Source of the DNA: the human T2T-CHM13v2.0 reference genome, Homo sapiens
Length of the DNA stretch: 64,000 bases
Reading direction: 5' to 3' (one strand)
NCBI RefSeq assembly: GCF_009914755.1
Contig: NC_060935.1
This document shows, piece by piece, positions 45,608 to 60,248 of the stretch (position 1 is the first letter of the stretch; each line of letters begins with the position of its first letter). Position numbers and translations under genes: made by a program. Under the pieces are notes generated by a model that saw only the letters and a list, made by a program, of their open reading frames with translations, was not told the DNA's origin and made no database searches.

Positions 45608-45705
45608 CACTCTCACATATAAAGAACCTAGAGTATAATCATTTCTTGATAACAAATTAGCTCCCTTATCTCTTCTATTTCTTTCTTATTATGTATTGCC
45701 TACAA

Positions 45706-45912
45706 CAGCTCTGTCTGATAGAACTTTCTGGAATAATGGACAATTCCATATCTGCATTGTTTAATACAATACCCATTAGCCCTACTGGCTACTAAGCACT
45801 TGAAATGTGGCTAGTGCAACTGAGGAATGAATTTGTAATTTTGTATTATTTTATTTTAATTAAATTTAAATAACCATATGTGAATTATAACTACTTTTTT
45901 GGAAAGCAAAGG
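45706..45912. mobile_element. MER3 hAT MITE
   Basis: atagaactttctgg...ggctactaagcacttgaaatgtggctagtgcaactgaggaa. Confidence 0.85.
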
Positions 45913-46108
45913 TCTAGAAAGTAGGACAACATAGTAGTTGTTCATAGTGTGTTCAATTTGTTGAATAAATAGAGCTCTTTCCTTATAGATGTGTATATGT
46001 TTAAAGTAAAAGAGTTAGAAAATGGTAGCTATCTCAACTGCAGGCCAAAACATGTAGTGAAGGAACAAAACATCAGGATCCAAACCAAAAAATAAGTTTC
46101 TTATTGAG

Positions 46109-46272
46109 CAGTGTTTCTCAAACTTAAATATGCATACAAATCACTGAAGTTTTTATTTTAAAACATAGTTTCTGATTTAGTAGGTCTTTGGTGGAACTTT
46201 AGATTCTATTGCTCACAAACTCCCAGGTAATATCACTGCTGTTAGTCCGTGGGTCACACTCTGAGCAGCAAA
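46109..46272 (-). mobile_element. MER5A/B MITE
   Basis: cagtgtttctcaaactt...tctgatttagtaggtct...cacactctgagcagca. Confidence 0.75.
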
Positions 46273-46469
46273 GGTCTAGATGTAGGTAAGCCATGGACCT
46301 ATGTAACTGCTACTGGCCCAACTCCTGAACTAGCAGTGGCTTCTCATTTTGACTCACCAGTTCAAGATTCAGTCAGAGAAATGTTTTATTTTATCATAGA
46401 TACACCCACCTTACCCCCAGTCTCACGATGAATATTCATTAAGCCCCTTCTGCATACTAGGATGAGTAT

Positions 46470-46640
46470 TCATAACAACCCCTGCAAGGCAGGTAGTATT
46501 ATTCCTATTTTATATATAATGAAACAGAGGCTTAGAGAGGTGATGTGACTTAACCAAAACTCAAGAAAAGAACTAACTGGCAGAGGTGGGTTTACAACCC
46601 AGTCGTGCATAAAGCCAAAGGCTAGTTTCTCTCTTTATAC
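46470..46640 (-). mobile_element. MIR
   Basis: ataacaacccctgcaaggcaggtagtattattcctatttta...gaaacagaggcttagagagg. Confidence 0.8.
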
Positions 46641-46645
46641 TCTTT

Positions 46646-46750
46646 TGTTACTCAAAGTATGATGTACAACTAAGCAGCATCAACCTCACCTGGCAACTTA
46701 TTAGAAATGCAGACTGACGCATCCCAGACCTAGTGAATCAGAAACTTCAT
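46646..46750 (+). mobile_element. MER5A1, 5' part only
   Basis: gttactcaaagtatg...gcagcatcaacctcacctggcaacttattagaaatgcaga...cccagacctagtgaatcagaaa. Confidence 0.75.
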
Positions 46751-47044
<294 letters not shown>

Positions 47045-48433
47045 TCTTGCTTATAAAGCAAAGCAACAAGCAGTTAAGAGTAGGGATTCTGCTGATTGTG
47101 GCAGTTGAGAAATGAATTTAGATTGGCTAGGTTTGACACCAGAGCAAATATTGACAGCTTTGCCTCTATTGCTAAATTCCTATTGCTTCATAGGAGTAGT
47201 TGAGACAAAATAAAGCTGTTTCCTGGTAAGTAAGGATTTTAAAATTTGGAACTGCATTCCCAATAGATGAAAACATTAACAATATAGTTTTAACAATGTC
47301 CATGGGAAAAACCACAAAAAGAAGAAAGCATGTTTGTTGAAAGATAAATGTACTAAAATCAGCAAATTCTTCCAAAATATCATACCATTATTAATCACTG
47401 CCAGGATGGTTCAAAGGAACACACATATTTCTCCTTTCTTTCCCATCAGAGGCAATTATGGAAAATGGTCCAATCAAAAGTGAATCATAGCCTAAATCAT
47501 AAGAATATGTTATTTACACTCAAATAAATTAATGTCTAAATGTACAGACCTACAACAAGTGCTTGGTCACCTCACTTCTGTAATATGGCAACTTCCTTCT
47601 CAGAGAGCTCTTGTCCTCAGCTTCCTGATGCTGGTATCAATCAGCAGTGCCATTTAAATGTTACTTAAAACATCTCTTAGACACAAACCCATTCTCTGGC
47701 TCCTGAGTGAAGCTCATTGCTAATTCAATTGTGTCTCTATGTCACTGAACCCATAGTATCCTTTTTCTTGTCACTGACACTCATGTGTTCAGCCTTTTTT
47801 TTGGTTCATCTTTTTCCCTTTAGTTCACTCTCTTGTCCTTGGCCCCAGAATCATAGTTTTGTTTGCATCCAATGGCCTTTTCACATTGAAAGCACTCTGT
47901 AAAAATGTTGCTGATATTATATGATATTATAATTGTCCACAAATAACTTTTACATAAATAACTTTCTTGGCAGCCAAATCCAATGGGGGATATACTACTA
48001 AGGACCCACTCATATTCTTCATAACCTAACTCTTATTTGTGTTCTCTTTTTCTTCTACTTTTCTCTCTCCCTTACTTTCCTAGGAGGGTTTTCCAAGCAA
48101 GAGACCTGAAACTTCTCCCTTGTCTCCACTATTATTTCTACCTCTAGAAACAAAATTTCAGCAACAAAGTGTCTTATAGGAAAGTAAAGGCATTGTACTG
48201 CCAGTACTTGCTAGATGTTTCTTTTACTTCTCAGTGTTTGCCCTTAGACAACATACAATAATCTACACATTCACTCTCCCTATCAGTTGAACCAGGTCCC
48301 TCTGACACTTTGTTTAGTGCCATTGACCTACAATATAAAGTACAAGATTTTTTCTTTTATATCTGCTTTGTTTTTATTTTTTATTCTCATAAAGGGACAT
48401 ACACAGATTCTCAGCCCTTTATTTAAGGCCCTG

Positions 48434-49488
48434 ATGTACTAGTTTATTGTTTAGCAAATACTCACTCTTCCCCTAATTCGAGCTTGGCAACATGACTTAT
48501 TCTGGCCAATTGGGTGTTGGTGGATGTAAGGTGAGCAGAAGCTTTAACTGTGTTTGTGTCACGGGCTTGATTTCTTGTCCTTTGACTATCACAATATGAA
48601 AACATACCCTGGATAGCTACTGTCCCACCTCCTGGTCCCCAGAATGAAACTTCTGAAGCAGAGATGCCCCAGCCAACCTGGTACAATGGCACCCCACTCA
48701 CCCACTTATTCGTGGTTTCACATTCTGCAGTTTCAGTTATCTACTGTCAACCATTGTCTGAAAATATTAAATGGAGAATTCCAGAAATAAACAATTCATA
48801 AGTTGCAAATTGCTTTCTATTCTGAGTAGTATGATGAAATCTCTCACTGTCCCACTCCATCTCTTCCAGGATGTGAGTTATTTCTTTGTTTAGGGTATCT
48901 GTGCTGCAGATGTTACCTGCCCTTTATTCACTTATTAGCTGTCTGGGTGATCAAATTGACTATCCTGGTATAGTAGTTTCTGTGTTCAAGTAACTCTTAT
49001 TTTACTTAATAATGGCCCCAAAGCACAAGAATAGTGATGCTGACAATTCAGAAATGCTTAAGAGAAGCCCTAAAGTGTTTCCTTTAAGGGAAAACTTGAA
49101 AATTCCTGACTTAAGAAAAAAGAAAAGAGACAGCATTGTATGATGAAGCTGCTAAGATCTATAGTAAAAATGAATCTTTCATCCATGATATTGTGAAGAA
49201 GGAAAAATATAATCATGTTAGTTTTGCTGTGGCACCCCAAACTGCAAAAGTTATGGCCACAGTGCCTGATAGTTAAGATGGAAAATTCATGTATATAGGA
49301 TTTGGCATTATCTGCAGCTTCAGGCATCCACCAGGAGATTTGGAATGTGTCATCCATGGATAAGGTGAGACTACTGTATTCTGCAGCCTGAAGCAGCTGT
49401 CCTAGCTAACTGATAGAGAAGAAAAAAATGCTTATTGCCGCTGATTTTTTTTTGGTTGTGGTTACACACCAAAAATTGGCAATTACAT
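48434..49488 (+). mobile_element. MLT1H-type LTR split by MER44
   Basis: catgacttattctggccaatt...cctggtccccagaatga...ccccagccaacctg [MER44] ctgcagcctgaagcag...aaatgcttattg. Confidence 0.65.
48684..49376 (+). mobile_element. MER44C/D (Tigger7 deletion derivative)
   Basis: TA TSD; TIR-like ends ...cttattcgtggtttc and ...atggataaggtgagactactg; degenerate transposase N-terminus (aagatctatagtaaaaatgaatct...gcaccccaaactgcaaaagtt). Confidence 0.85.
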
Positions 49489-51141
49489 GAGGTAACAGTA
49501 AATGGTAGATCAAGCACTACCATTTACTAGTTGAGATAGAAAATCCATATCTTTAAAATGAAAGGTTTGTGTTCATTGAACTCCAAGATATTTAACAAGA
49601 TGGAAAACTCATGATTCTCAAGTATACCTCTCTCAACAGTGCATTTCTATCAAAGAGGTCAGAATATTACCAAAATATAAAAAGAATATTAGAGAAGGTT
49701 AGAGCAAAATAAAAAAGCATTCTAGAATCTCTCTAATTTTATTTTCTAAAGCATAAAGAATACTATTTGTTAGGGTGCTGTTCAATATTGAACTCTAAAG
49801 TGTCTGCTGAAAGGAGAGGAGAGCGCAATGTCAGTTGGTTGCAGAGTACCAGAGAGTAAAGCATTATTATTTGACTGAGTCAACCTTCAGGGAACTGGAT
49901 TCACAAGCAGGCTCTAATCACTCTGAGCTCCCTAAGAACAAAGTACTTTCAGTACCTGGCATGAAACACTATTCAACATGTAATGGGGAAGAATAAAAAT
50001 ATTGAGCAAAAAATAGAAACTAGAGAGTATTGAAGTGGAAAAATATCTTTCCTTGTTTCTGCTTGGGTGATTTTAATTTTCATATAGGGATTCCTGCTTT
50101 GCATGAGAAGCTAGACTATGTCACATTTAAGGTCATACCCAACCCTAATATATCATGACCTCATATAAGACAGAGCTTACTTAAGGCATTTTCATGTAAG
50201 AACCTCAGTGACCCCTTCATTAATGCAAGCTCTAATGTCTCTTAACTTACCTTCCTTAATAAAAAGAAGTCTCTTTAAATATATTTTGTACTTTTGTTTG
50301 ACACTTACATAAAAATTCCCTTTGGCCCTAGAAATTTCCTGTAGCTATTCAATTGTCATTTGCATTTGTGCCAAGGAACCATTTTCACAAGAACCATTTC
50401 TATCAAAAATCAAATTTGCTAATTAGCAAAATTAATACATTTACTTGCAATGAAATTATTTTTTAGAAAGACTTTAATATATGTTAAAGCTTGGCATTCT
50501 GATAATATTTTTAAGAAGGAAATGTTCTTACGCAACATGACTAAAATGCCCTAGGGAACTCTGAAATCGTTTTCTCATTAAATAGAGCTGAAATTATGTG
50601 AACAACTAGAACATGAGGAAGAAAAGAGGAAAACAAAGTATAGAACACTGGGGAATGAGAAAATAGACTGTGAAAGGAACAGTAATTTGTTCAAGGTTAC
50701 CCCGTGAGTCAGGAACAAAGGGGAGAGTTGGGACTCTGCCAAGAACCAAAGCTTATCCACATTAATGAGTATGCACTAAATCTGCCATTTTCAATACATA
50801 ATGTATTCATGTTTTTTCTACATCGGGGAAGGTATTCATATTTACCATTCTCCTAGAATTTAGCATGTTTTACCTCATAAGTGTTTATTTTTTTTTTCAA
50901 AAAAATGATAAATACTTTAGCTGCTATCAACCAGAAGCTAAGAAAATCTCTGAGGCAGGTATTATAAGTCCTCTCTTATAGGTTAATTTAGGTGCATAGA
51001 GATTAAATAAATTACTTAAGAACATACTACCATGATAATTGGGCCATTTTCATCATATCAAGCTCCTCACAAACCACTATAAAGATCCTTACCCTTAAGG
51101 AAGCACAAAGTGGGTTACATTAAGTATGAAAAAGTTGATTA

Positions 51142-51455
51142 GGCCAGGAATAGTGGCTTACACTCGTAATCCCAGCACTTTGGGAGGCCGAGGTGGGCAG
51201 ATCACTGAGATCAGAAGTTCAAGATCAGCCTGGCCAACATGGCAAAAACTCGTCTCTACTAAAAAATACAAAAAACAAAAAAAAATTAGCCAGGCATGGT
51301 GGTGCACTCCTGTAGTCCCAGCTACTCGGGAGGCTGAGGCAAGAGAGTCACTTGAACCTGGGAGGCAGAGGTTGCAGTGAGCCAAGATCAGGCTCCAGCC
51401 ATTTGTACTCCAGCCTGGGTGATAGAGCAAGACTCTGTCTCAACAGCAACAACAA
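51142..51455 (+). mobile_element. AluS
   Basis: TSD aaaaag(t/a)tgatta. Confidence 0.93.
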
Positions 51456-51980
51456 AAAAGATGATTAAAAATAATTTTTGAAGGACTCAAAGTCAGATAC
51501 AAACCTGGTATTTGGAAGAATGGGAAGAATTTTGATGAATTTGTTATTTGCGACTCATTTTACTAGCTAATCATTTGGGATACCAATTGAACATGTCTAC
51601 AAAAGACCCTTAGATCTTACTGATAAATTATTTCTACATGAGGATATCTGGCAGTTACGCCACCAGAACCCTAATAGGAGGCTTTGAAATAATTTAGATC
51701 CACCACAAGAAAGTGGTCTTACTTACAAAATCAGCTCTCTGTGCTCCAGGCCTACTTCTTGAGAGCACTGCTTACATGCTTTGACAATGGCTATAGTGAA
51801 GAGATTTTTTGGGACATAGGATTCCTTCATATATAAATGGATCCCTGTCCTGAATATATTGAAGCTTCTGTGACAAGTTATCTCTCATCCAAATCTGCAT
51901 GTATCAGGGGAGTAAGTAAGGAAACTATGTTCCCAAGCTGACAGGCAGAAAACAAGGGAGGGAAGAAAGAAACACAGGTA

Positions 51981-52232
51981 ACAGCATGTTAGAAATTAAA
52001 TAAGACTTCTAACTCTACAGCCAAGCTATCTGGATTGACTCTTGACTCTGCCTCTTACTGTGAGTCCTTGAACCAGTTACTTGACCTCTTTATGACTCAT
52101 TTTTTCCCAAGTGTAAAAATAGAGAAATTAATAGTACCTACCTCATAGGATTGTTATGAGGATTAAATGAGTTAAAATTTGTTAAGTGCCTACAGCAGTG
52201 TTAGGCATACACTGTTACAGAAGTTTGGTAAG
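51981..52232 (+). mobile_element. Near-complete MIR
   Basis: ctctgcctcttactgtgagtccttg...aatagtacctacctcataggattgttatgaggattaaatgagttaa. Confidence 0.88.
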
Positions 52233-52570
52233 TAAAGAAAGGTAGGAAGAGTAAGAGAATAGTGGATGTAGGTACCTTTAAGACATTGCTTTGTTTGCTT
52301 CTACAGAGCCCTTTACTTTCCAGTGTTGGGGTCTCTTGGCTCCTTCCAGTAAGCCTAACCTTGTTTCCGGTCTGGTCCCAAACTATTCTTGTTCAGAAAG
52401 ATTTAAGAAGCCCTAGTTCAGTAGTTCAGGTGATTCAGCATTAAGTCAAGCTTGCTGTTATTCTTGTCCTGACCCTGTGTCCCAGTTTTAGTTCCTCATT
52501 CTTATAATCAAGTCCCAACCTTGTACTCCAGTTCTGACATTCTGCTCCCCTGTGGCTGAGTCCCGGATTG

Positions 52571-52613
52571 CAGAACCTGCTCAGGACCGCCAGAACCTGC
52601 TCAGGACCGCCAG
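52571..52613. repeat. Perfect 20-bp tandem duplication
   Basis: cagaacctgctcaggaccgc twice plus cag. Confidence 0.95.
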
Positions 52614-52639
52614 TTCTTTTGAGGTATTTGAGGTAACAT

Positions 52640-52905
52640 CTCTCAAAAGGCAGCCTATGGACTAGACACACTTTGTTTGGCAGACACAGTGTTTGCACTT
52701 TTGAAAATTAGTTGCCTGTATTTAGAAATTGCAAACATGTACAAATTTCCATCTTATTTTGTAAAATGATCTGGCACCAGTGGATTCCAAGTGGCAGTTG
52801 CTCTCTTTAAATGGCCATGTGCTTTCTATTCCCCACAGGCCCCACTCTGACTGCTCCATTTGTTTCTGTGATTTGCTTGGTCATTGAAGGGATTTGAGGC
52901 TGTGG
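52640..52905. mobile_element. MER102-like hAT-Charlie element
   Basis: ctttgtttggcagacacagtgttt...aattagttgcc...gatctggcac...ccccacaggccccac. Confidence 0.65.
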
Positions 52906-54200
52906 GCTAAAACTGAGAAGAGCCAGTACTTACCAAGCACTTACTTTGTGCTAGGTACTGTTCTGAGTGCTTTCTGTGTTTTACTCATTTAATCAAAGGC
53001 CAGGAATCTGTTTGTTGTTGTCCATTACCCTTGTAGCCCTTCTTCTCAGCTTCATACCCCCTGTCTAGCATGCATCTGTGGCTATCCCATCTTGTTTGAT
53101 CACTATCCTCCACTCATCAGCTAGCGCCCACTCACAAAGCCTTGTTGGACCTCCATAATGTCAACCACTCACCCACATTGTGGCCTATAGCTGGTCTCCA
53201 ATCTTCCCTGCCCAGCCAGACTCTATCTTCAAGAACTTTTGCCATCATAGTGGTTGTGTTACAGGTACAGAATCCTAGGCTTCATTGGTTTGCTTGATCC
53301 TATTATCTCATGCTCATGCTTTCATAAAACCATAACTTTCATTATATATAGATAGGCTCTACCCTCACGAAACTTTTGGCCACTTCTTATTAGAAGCCCA
53401 ATAAAATCCATAAAAATATTTATTGATTACTTACTTTAGGTTCCAGACTATCACAGAAATTGACTTGAATATTCCTTTTATAAGAAACCCAAAGAAGTTT
53501 GCTAGTGTCTATGAGCAATTCAGTCTCTTTTCAGTGAGCCACTTAGCAAACTAACACTATTTAAACAGCGTTGTTTATTTTTGTTTCATAATGGGCCCTT
53601 GTGTTTTACAAAACATGAATGAAAGAGGGAAATATTTGATGACTAAGACAAGATTTAGAAATTATTAAAAGAAAATTTACAAAACTACATGTCATTCCAT
53701 AAGATTATTTAGTTTGGGTGAAACTAAATGTGAATTGAATTTAAATTCAGCCAATTAAGTTCTACCACAGTTTTAGAAGAAGGTAGTAATGAAAAAGTTA
53801 CTTACATAAGGAATTGTGTCCAAAGTATCTGTGTTGACAATTATAGGAGCAGGACTGGCCTGAAAAAAGAAATAGAAAAAAAATTAAATAATGAATAGTG
53901 TATTCTGAGACAGATTATTTCTGTTAACTTATTTAACAAAGAGCTCAACAGGCATTTCTTGAGGACCTCTACAGGCACCGTGTCAAGTGTTAGTAGGGTA
54001 AATAAAATGACTAAGAGTTTCTGTACCTTCCCCCAACTCAAATATTTGTTACATTTACCACATAAAGAAATTAAGTAAGCATTCATATAATTTACATTCA
54101 TTTTCTCTTACATTCTACAAAACAATGCAGGAGGTGAGGATTTCTGCTATGTGTAAGGCAAGGATTTCTAATAAATTGGGTAAGAGTTAAAACTTGTATC

Positions 54201-54506
54201 TTTTCTTTTTTTTTTTTTTTTTTTTTGTGAGACAAGAATCTCGCTCTGTCACCCAGGCTGGAGTGCAGTGGTGCAATCTCGGCTCACTCAGCCTCCGCCT
54301 CCTGGTTCAGGCAATTCTCCTGCCTCAGCCTCCCAAGTAGCTACGACTACAGGCACACACCGCCACACCCAGCTAACTGCTGTATTTTTAGTAGAGACGG
54401 GGTTTCCCACGTTGGCCAGGATGGTCTTGATCTCCTGACCTTGTGATCTACCCACCTCGGACTCCCAAAGTGCTGGGATTATAGGCATGAGCTACCGCAC
54501 TCGACC
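54201..54506 (-). mobile_element. AluSc-like
   Basis: ggccaggatggtcttgatctcctgaccttgtga; TSD tgtatc. Confidence 0.92.
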
Positions 54507-54696
54507 TGTATCATTTCTTTATGAAATGACTTTGCTAAAGGAATTTGATTTCTCTCTCAAGGAAGCAAAATTAAACCTAAACCAATATTCATAGTTATTC
54601 TCTTCAAACTGCCTTTTGAGAGTATGCTATATTCAATACAAAAAGGCTTCACTTATCAACATCTACGTTTACACATTATGCGTGCTGTATCCTGTA

Positions 54697-55005
54697 TTTT
54701 CTTTCTTTCTTTTTTTTTTTTTTTTTTTTTTTTTTTGAGATGAAGTGTTCCTCTGTCGCCCATGCTGGAGTGTGCAGTGGTGCAAACTCGGGTCACTGCA
54801 ACCTCTGCCTCCCCAGTTCAACGATTCTTCTGTCTCATCCTCCCGAGTAGCTGGAACTACAGGCATGTGCCACCATGCCCAGCTAATTTTTGTATTTTTA
54901 GTACAGACGGGGTTTCACCATATTGACCAGGCTGCTCTCAACTCCTGACCTCGTGATTCGCCCGCCTCAGCCTCCCAATACAGGCGTGAACAAGCATGCC
55001 CTGCC
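54697..55005 (-). mobile_element. AluSg-like with small deletion
   Basis: Antisense dimer lacking agtgctggga in the left arm. Confidence 0.9.
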
Positions 55006-55764
55006 ATATTTTATTATTTATGCACCTCTAATCATAAACCTCTAAATCCCTAGATAGAACATTGACAGTCAAATATGACAGAAAATCATATTGGATATGT
55101 TCAACTTTCTTTTTTTTAAAAAAATTGTACGATTTGCAGTAATTCTCTTTAAAGTTTAGCGGGAATCTGTGTAAAACTGATACAGGAGTGCTACAAGGCA
55201 AATCACTAGAAAATAAGAGATTGCAATCTCTATTTGCATCACCAGTCTAACTTCATGAATATTGAGTAGAGCTATCTTTACTTTTTAGTTTCTAGAATTT
55301 TCACAACAACTTTTGCTTTATCCTCCAAAGGATCTTTCATCTTTGTCTCAAATTACAGATTTCATTTAGATAAAGGACATACTTTCATCTTGATTAATAG
55401 AGAACTCTTCTATACGACATGGTGGTTTTGGAAAGTGCTCAAATTTTGGGGTATTTCATTAGCTGTGCCCTCTGGAGTTAACAGAGTTAACAGCTTTTTA
55501 ATGTCAATCTATTCTGTGGAATCCTAATCAAATGATAAAACAAATAGCAATCCAGCAGGTTTTACAAAACAAAATTTCATGTCTTTACCAAAAACACTGG
55601 GCATGGAAAACATACCCTTGGCATACATATGTATATAATGGATCAACTAGTTAGTCATAATATTTTCATGATTCTCAATGGGACGTATCTTGTGGGTAAA
55701 TAAAGACTCTGGAGAAAGACAGTTTTTACTGGATCTCATTAAAAAAAAATAATAAGAGGCATGT

Positions 55765-56035
55765 AGAGAAGAGAAAAAGGTATGAGGTCTGCAGTCAGAA
55801 GACATGGGCTCAAGGTTGGTTTAGCAACTTTCTGATTGTATGATTTGGGGGCTCAGTGACTTCCTAGTGGTGTGATCTTAGGGCAAGTCCACTAACCCTC
55901 TCTGATTAATTTTCCTTCCGTGTAGAATGGGAATAGTAGTAACAACTTTCCAAAAAGGTTGAAGATCAAATGAGGTGATATAGTTGAGTGTGCTTGGTAA
56001 ACAGTACATTTCAGAATTAATGTTAAATATTATTA
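55765..56035 (+). mobile_element. MIR
   Basis: gcagtcagaagacatggg...gtgtgatcttagggcaagtc...tgtagaatgggaata. Confidence 0.7.
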
Positions 56036-57803
56036 GTAGTAAGTGTCTCTTAAGATAGACTACTGTAAAGATATATTATTGGATGGCTTGTAAACTGTTT
56101 ACACTGCAGAGATCTCAATGCTATGTTGGTGGCTACAACTGCACTAATAAGAGGCCTGTTTAGATTGTGGTTCTAAAACAGCTCATGTCAAAGGCAATAA
56201 TAACAATAATTACTGCTTATTAAGTATGTATTACCATTTATTAAATATATACATAAGCATATATATCCTCATTTAATCTCCACAAAACCTTACTGATGAG
56301 GCATTATTATCACTATTTCTATGTTATATATGAGGAAAATGAGGCTCAGTGAAAATGAGATTTGACATTTGAATATTGTTTTTTCTGACCTCAAAATTCA
56401 TTTTTCCCCACTAAGCTGCTTCATAATCCCAGTATCTAGGTGGTTCTATCACAAGAGTCTTGCAGTGATATGTCAGCCCTATACTAGAGTACCATACAAG
56501 AACTAGACAAAGCAAAGACCACCCTGAAGGCAAAAGATGCCTAAGGATATTGCAGGTTAGACGTTGAACACAGTCTGGTGAAGCCTTAGTATGTATTTTT
56601 AAAAAGGTTTTTAGTTTTGATGACATCTCTCCTATGCTTTCTGTTTGGTTTCCATGACTCACAAAAGTGTGCCTCATATCCAAGAATAGACTGAAAACTC
56701 TCTGAATATCACATGTAATTCTTGTATTTCCCCATATTTTCTAGTATAGCTTTGATTAATAAATAGGTATTAATTTTATTTGGGGCTTTCATCCCATCTT
56801 TGCTTTTTTTCTTACAGATTATAATAATGTGTTATGGGAATAAATTTTATACATACGCCTATTTCCTATGTAATGCCATTTAAAACTTTTGTATGTTTAT
56901 GTTGCTATTTTTCATTTTTTAATGTAAATTTAGTCTTTCCAAGAAGACTGTATGTCTAAAAATTGGCAAGTATTGTATACTTTTCTAGAATTCTCCACAG
57001 CACTTGGGTATACAGAAGGAGCTCAAAGAATACTGAGAAATACTTAGAATTTATTGACTAAAGGTAGTGATAAAGTATAGAAGTAGGTATAAAGGAAAGT
57101 AATATATCTTTACGAGCTTTGTAAAGCACTTCTAAAGAACTGGAACCCCAAAATCTCATGATACCAAGACTGTGACTACTTTTCCAATATCCAATATCAC
57201 TTTCTTTCTTTGTTTAGTTACTATTACTTAACTAAATTCAGCTTTTATAAAATAATAATTAATAATTTCATAACTCTAGGATGTAGAGTCTGTGAATGGA
57301 CTCCACTTGAAGTAGAGGACAAGAATTTGAAGGATAAGATCTATGTTATGTGGAATCTATGTTATATGGAAAGTTTATTATTCCTTCTTGGTGCCAAAGG
57401 GATCCAGAAGCCACTGCTAACACCTACCTCTCTAAAAGTCATTAAAAATGCATGAACAAACAAGATTGTGTAAAAATAAACATATATCACATACACCTGA
57501 CATTGGTAACGCCCTGGTGTGACTGCCAAAGAGATGCCACGGTAGGCTCTTCTGAATGACACACTACCCCACTGTGCTGCTACACCAGGCTCTCTGAAGA
57601 CTCTCCCACTGCCCTGCTCCAGGACCTTCACAGCCCACCCCAGACTACACAGAGCATAGATGAATTCTGAGCATGGCCTATGAGTGTGCTCTTCTCACCA
57701 GTTGGTAATTCCAAATCTTCCTTTAGCTCATCTGGCTCCTGATTCTTTGTTCACTTTTACAGTCAAGAGAGGCTATGACTAGTTTGATCTAGTTTGTTTC
57801 TGA

Positions 57804-58191
<388 letters not shown>

Positions 58192-58249
58192 ATACACTCT
58201 CTTTCTTCCTTTTGGATATCCTCTTTAATTGGATGCCTAAATCAAACTG

Positions 58250-58260
58250 GTGACTCAGCA
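58250..58260 (+). promoter_or_regulatory. Consensus antioxidant response element (CNC-sMAF) with embedded AP-1
   Basis: GTGACTCAGCA exact match to RTGACTCAGCA in apparently unique sequence; motif only, no functional evidence. Confidence 0.35.
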
Positions 58261-59999
58261 GATTCTAGTGTCCTTCTTTAATATGCTTTTTTCCATTAAC
58301 TGGAAGGAGATTTATGAAAAATCTAGAACAAAATCTTTCTTTAATCAGAAAATTCAAGATTTATCTTTATATACATCTAGGCAAGATTTTTGAAACTATA
58401 AGGGATGAAGAAAAAAAAATTCTTTCTTAAGTAAACCAAACTATGAAGCCTTTTTTTGTGTTGTTTGCCTTTTACATGACATTCTCTTTCATGCACAGAA
58501 AGCCAGTTTTCAGCATAAGGGACTAGTACAGCTAATTACAGAGAGGCAAGAAGCAAGCAGAAGGAATACTGATATAATTTAAATGATAGATCAAGTTATT
58601 AATGAATGTCAGCCACCTTCCTATCCTTGGGCTTCATGTGACATACAAATGTTCTCAGATTACATGAACAATTTTGTTTATACTAGTAATAGATACACTT
58701 TTTTTTTTGCTTGCTTCCAAGAGACTCTAAATAAAAAATAATCTGACAAAATGAATGCAACTTTACAAAGGAGTTCATTGATTCTGACTAATGTGGTTAC
58801 CTTTTGATATGTGTTAAGTGTCAGATATGGGAAATGCCTCTGACATATGTGGACAGGTGGTCATGAAGCCAACTATGGTGAAGAAGCCTCCTCAAGCAAG
58901 GTATTGGCAGGAAATGTAGAGTAGCTAGTCAGCCAAGAAACACTCTCATGTAGCTTAGCTCCGAGAAGTGTAGGCTAATCAGTGGGAAGGTCAAAAGACT
59001 TAATCTAGTACCTAGACTTTTAAGAAGCAAGGTAGAAAAGGAGAGAACTAGATCAGCAAGAAATTAACAGTAACACTCATGGTACTAGGAACTATGCAGG
59101 GATTTCAGCTGACCCGGGACATGCAAATGGAAGGCAGGTGATTGTCATTACGCCAATTTAAATAGGTGGTAAAATAGTGCAAGAATAACATATGAGCTGT
59201 TTTTGGATACCTTTGGCTTATCTTATCAGCCTTACAGGACAGGATTACTGAGTGGGCAAGATTTCTTGTCTATTTAGAGGGACACAGGCCCTATAAATGA
59301 CTTTTATATATGGTATGGCATGACATTTTGAAACAAAATGGAAGCCACTGAAAGTTTGAAAATGAGTCCTGTATGTGGGTGTATGTGTGTGCATGTGTAT
59401 GTGTGTGATTTCATTATGAGAGGTGGAGATCCCAGAACCTCAAGGTAAATATTAGCTGTTTTAGACTGGCAGCTACAAGATAGCATGCTAGCAAACTTTT
59501 TGCTTCACAATTCACACAGAAGATTTCCATCGGGATGAGCCCCAGTCAGACCATATGCTAATCCTGGCTAGGGAAGTAGAATATTGGGGTTACTATGCAC
59601 ATACCCCATCAACTTTGAAGTAAGACATCTAACATTAAGTACCGGATTAGATATGCTGAGTGTTGAACACAGGATAACTGTATTGTGTATTAGATTTTCC
59701 CCCATAACCCTCTATTATGTTGGCTTACTCTGGAAAAAAAAAATGTGGCATGGTTGGGGGAGTGACTTCCGCCTTCATTTCCTGAATTACATTTTAGTTC
59801 TCCATTGGAACGAAACTCTGTCTTTCCTCTCCTTCTTTTCCACAATCTTTTAGGCTGGAGTTCCACATCTCTAGGTGCTAGTAGGACCCTACTCCTATTT
59901 GGAGGATTTACTTGGAACCTACAATTATCACTACCTGAAGGTTTGTAGTATTATGACCCTGCCACACCTAAATCCCCTGATATATTAATACTGGGACAG

Positions 60000-60210
60000 A
60001 TAATAATAAGAGTATGTACTTATATAGCAAATACTTTATGTGAATTAACTTATTTAATCCTCACACAATTCTATGAGACAAACACTGTTATTCTCAAAGT
60101 AGAGCTGAGGAAACAGAGGTTAAATAACTTTCTCAAAGTCACACAGCTGGTAAATAGCTGGTAAATCTTCAAACCCAAGCAATCTGGCTCCAGAGCCATG
60201 TTCTACTGCC
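60000..60210 (-). mobile_element. MIR
   Basis: tatttaatcctcacacaattctatgag...gaggaaacagagg...aaagtcacacagctggtaa. Confidence 0.8.
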
Positions 60211-60248
60211 CCTTAGAATGAAAACAGATTTCACCAGTTATCTCTGGA

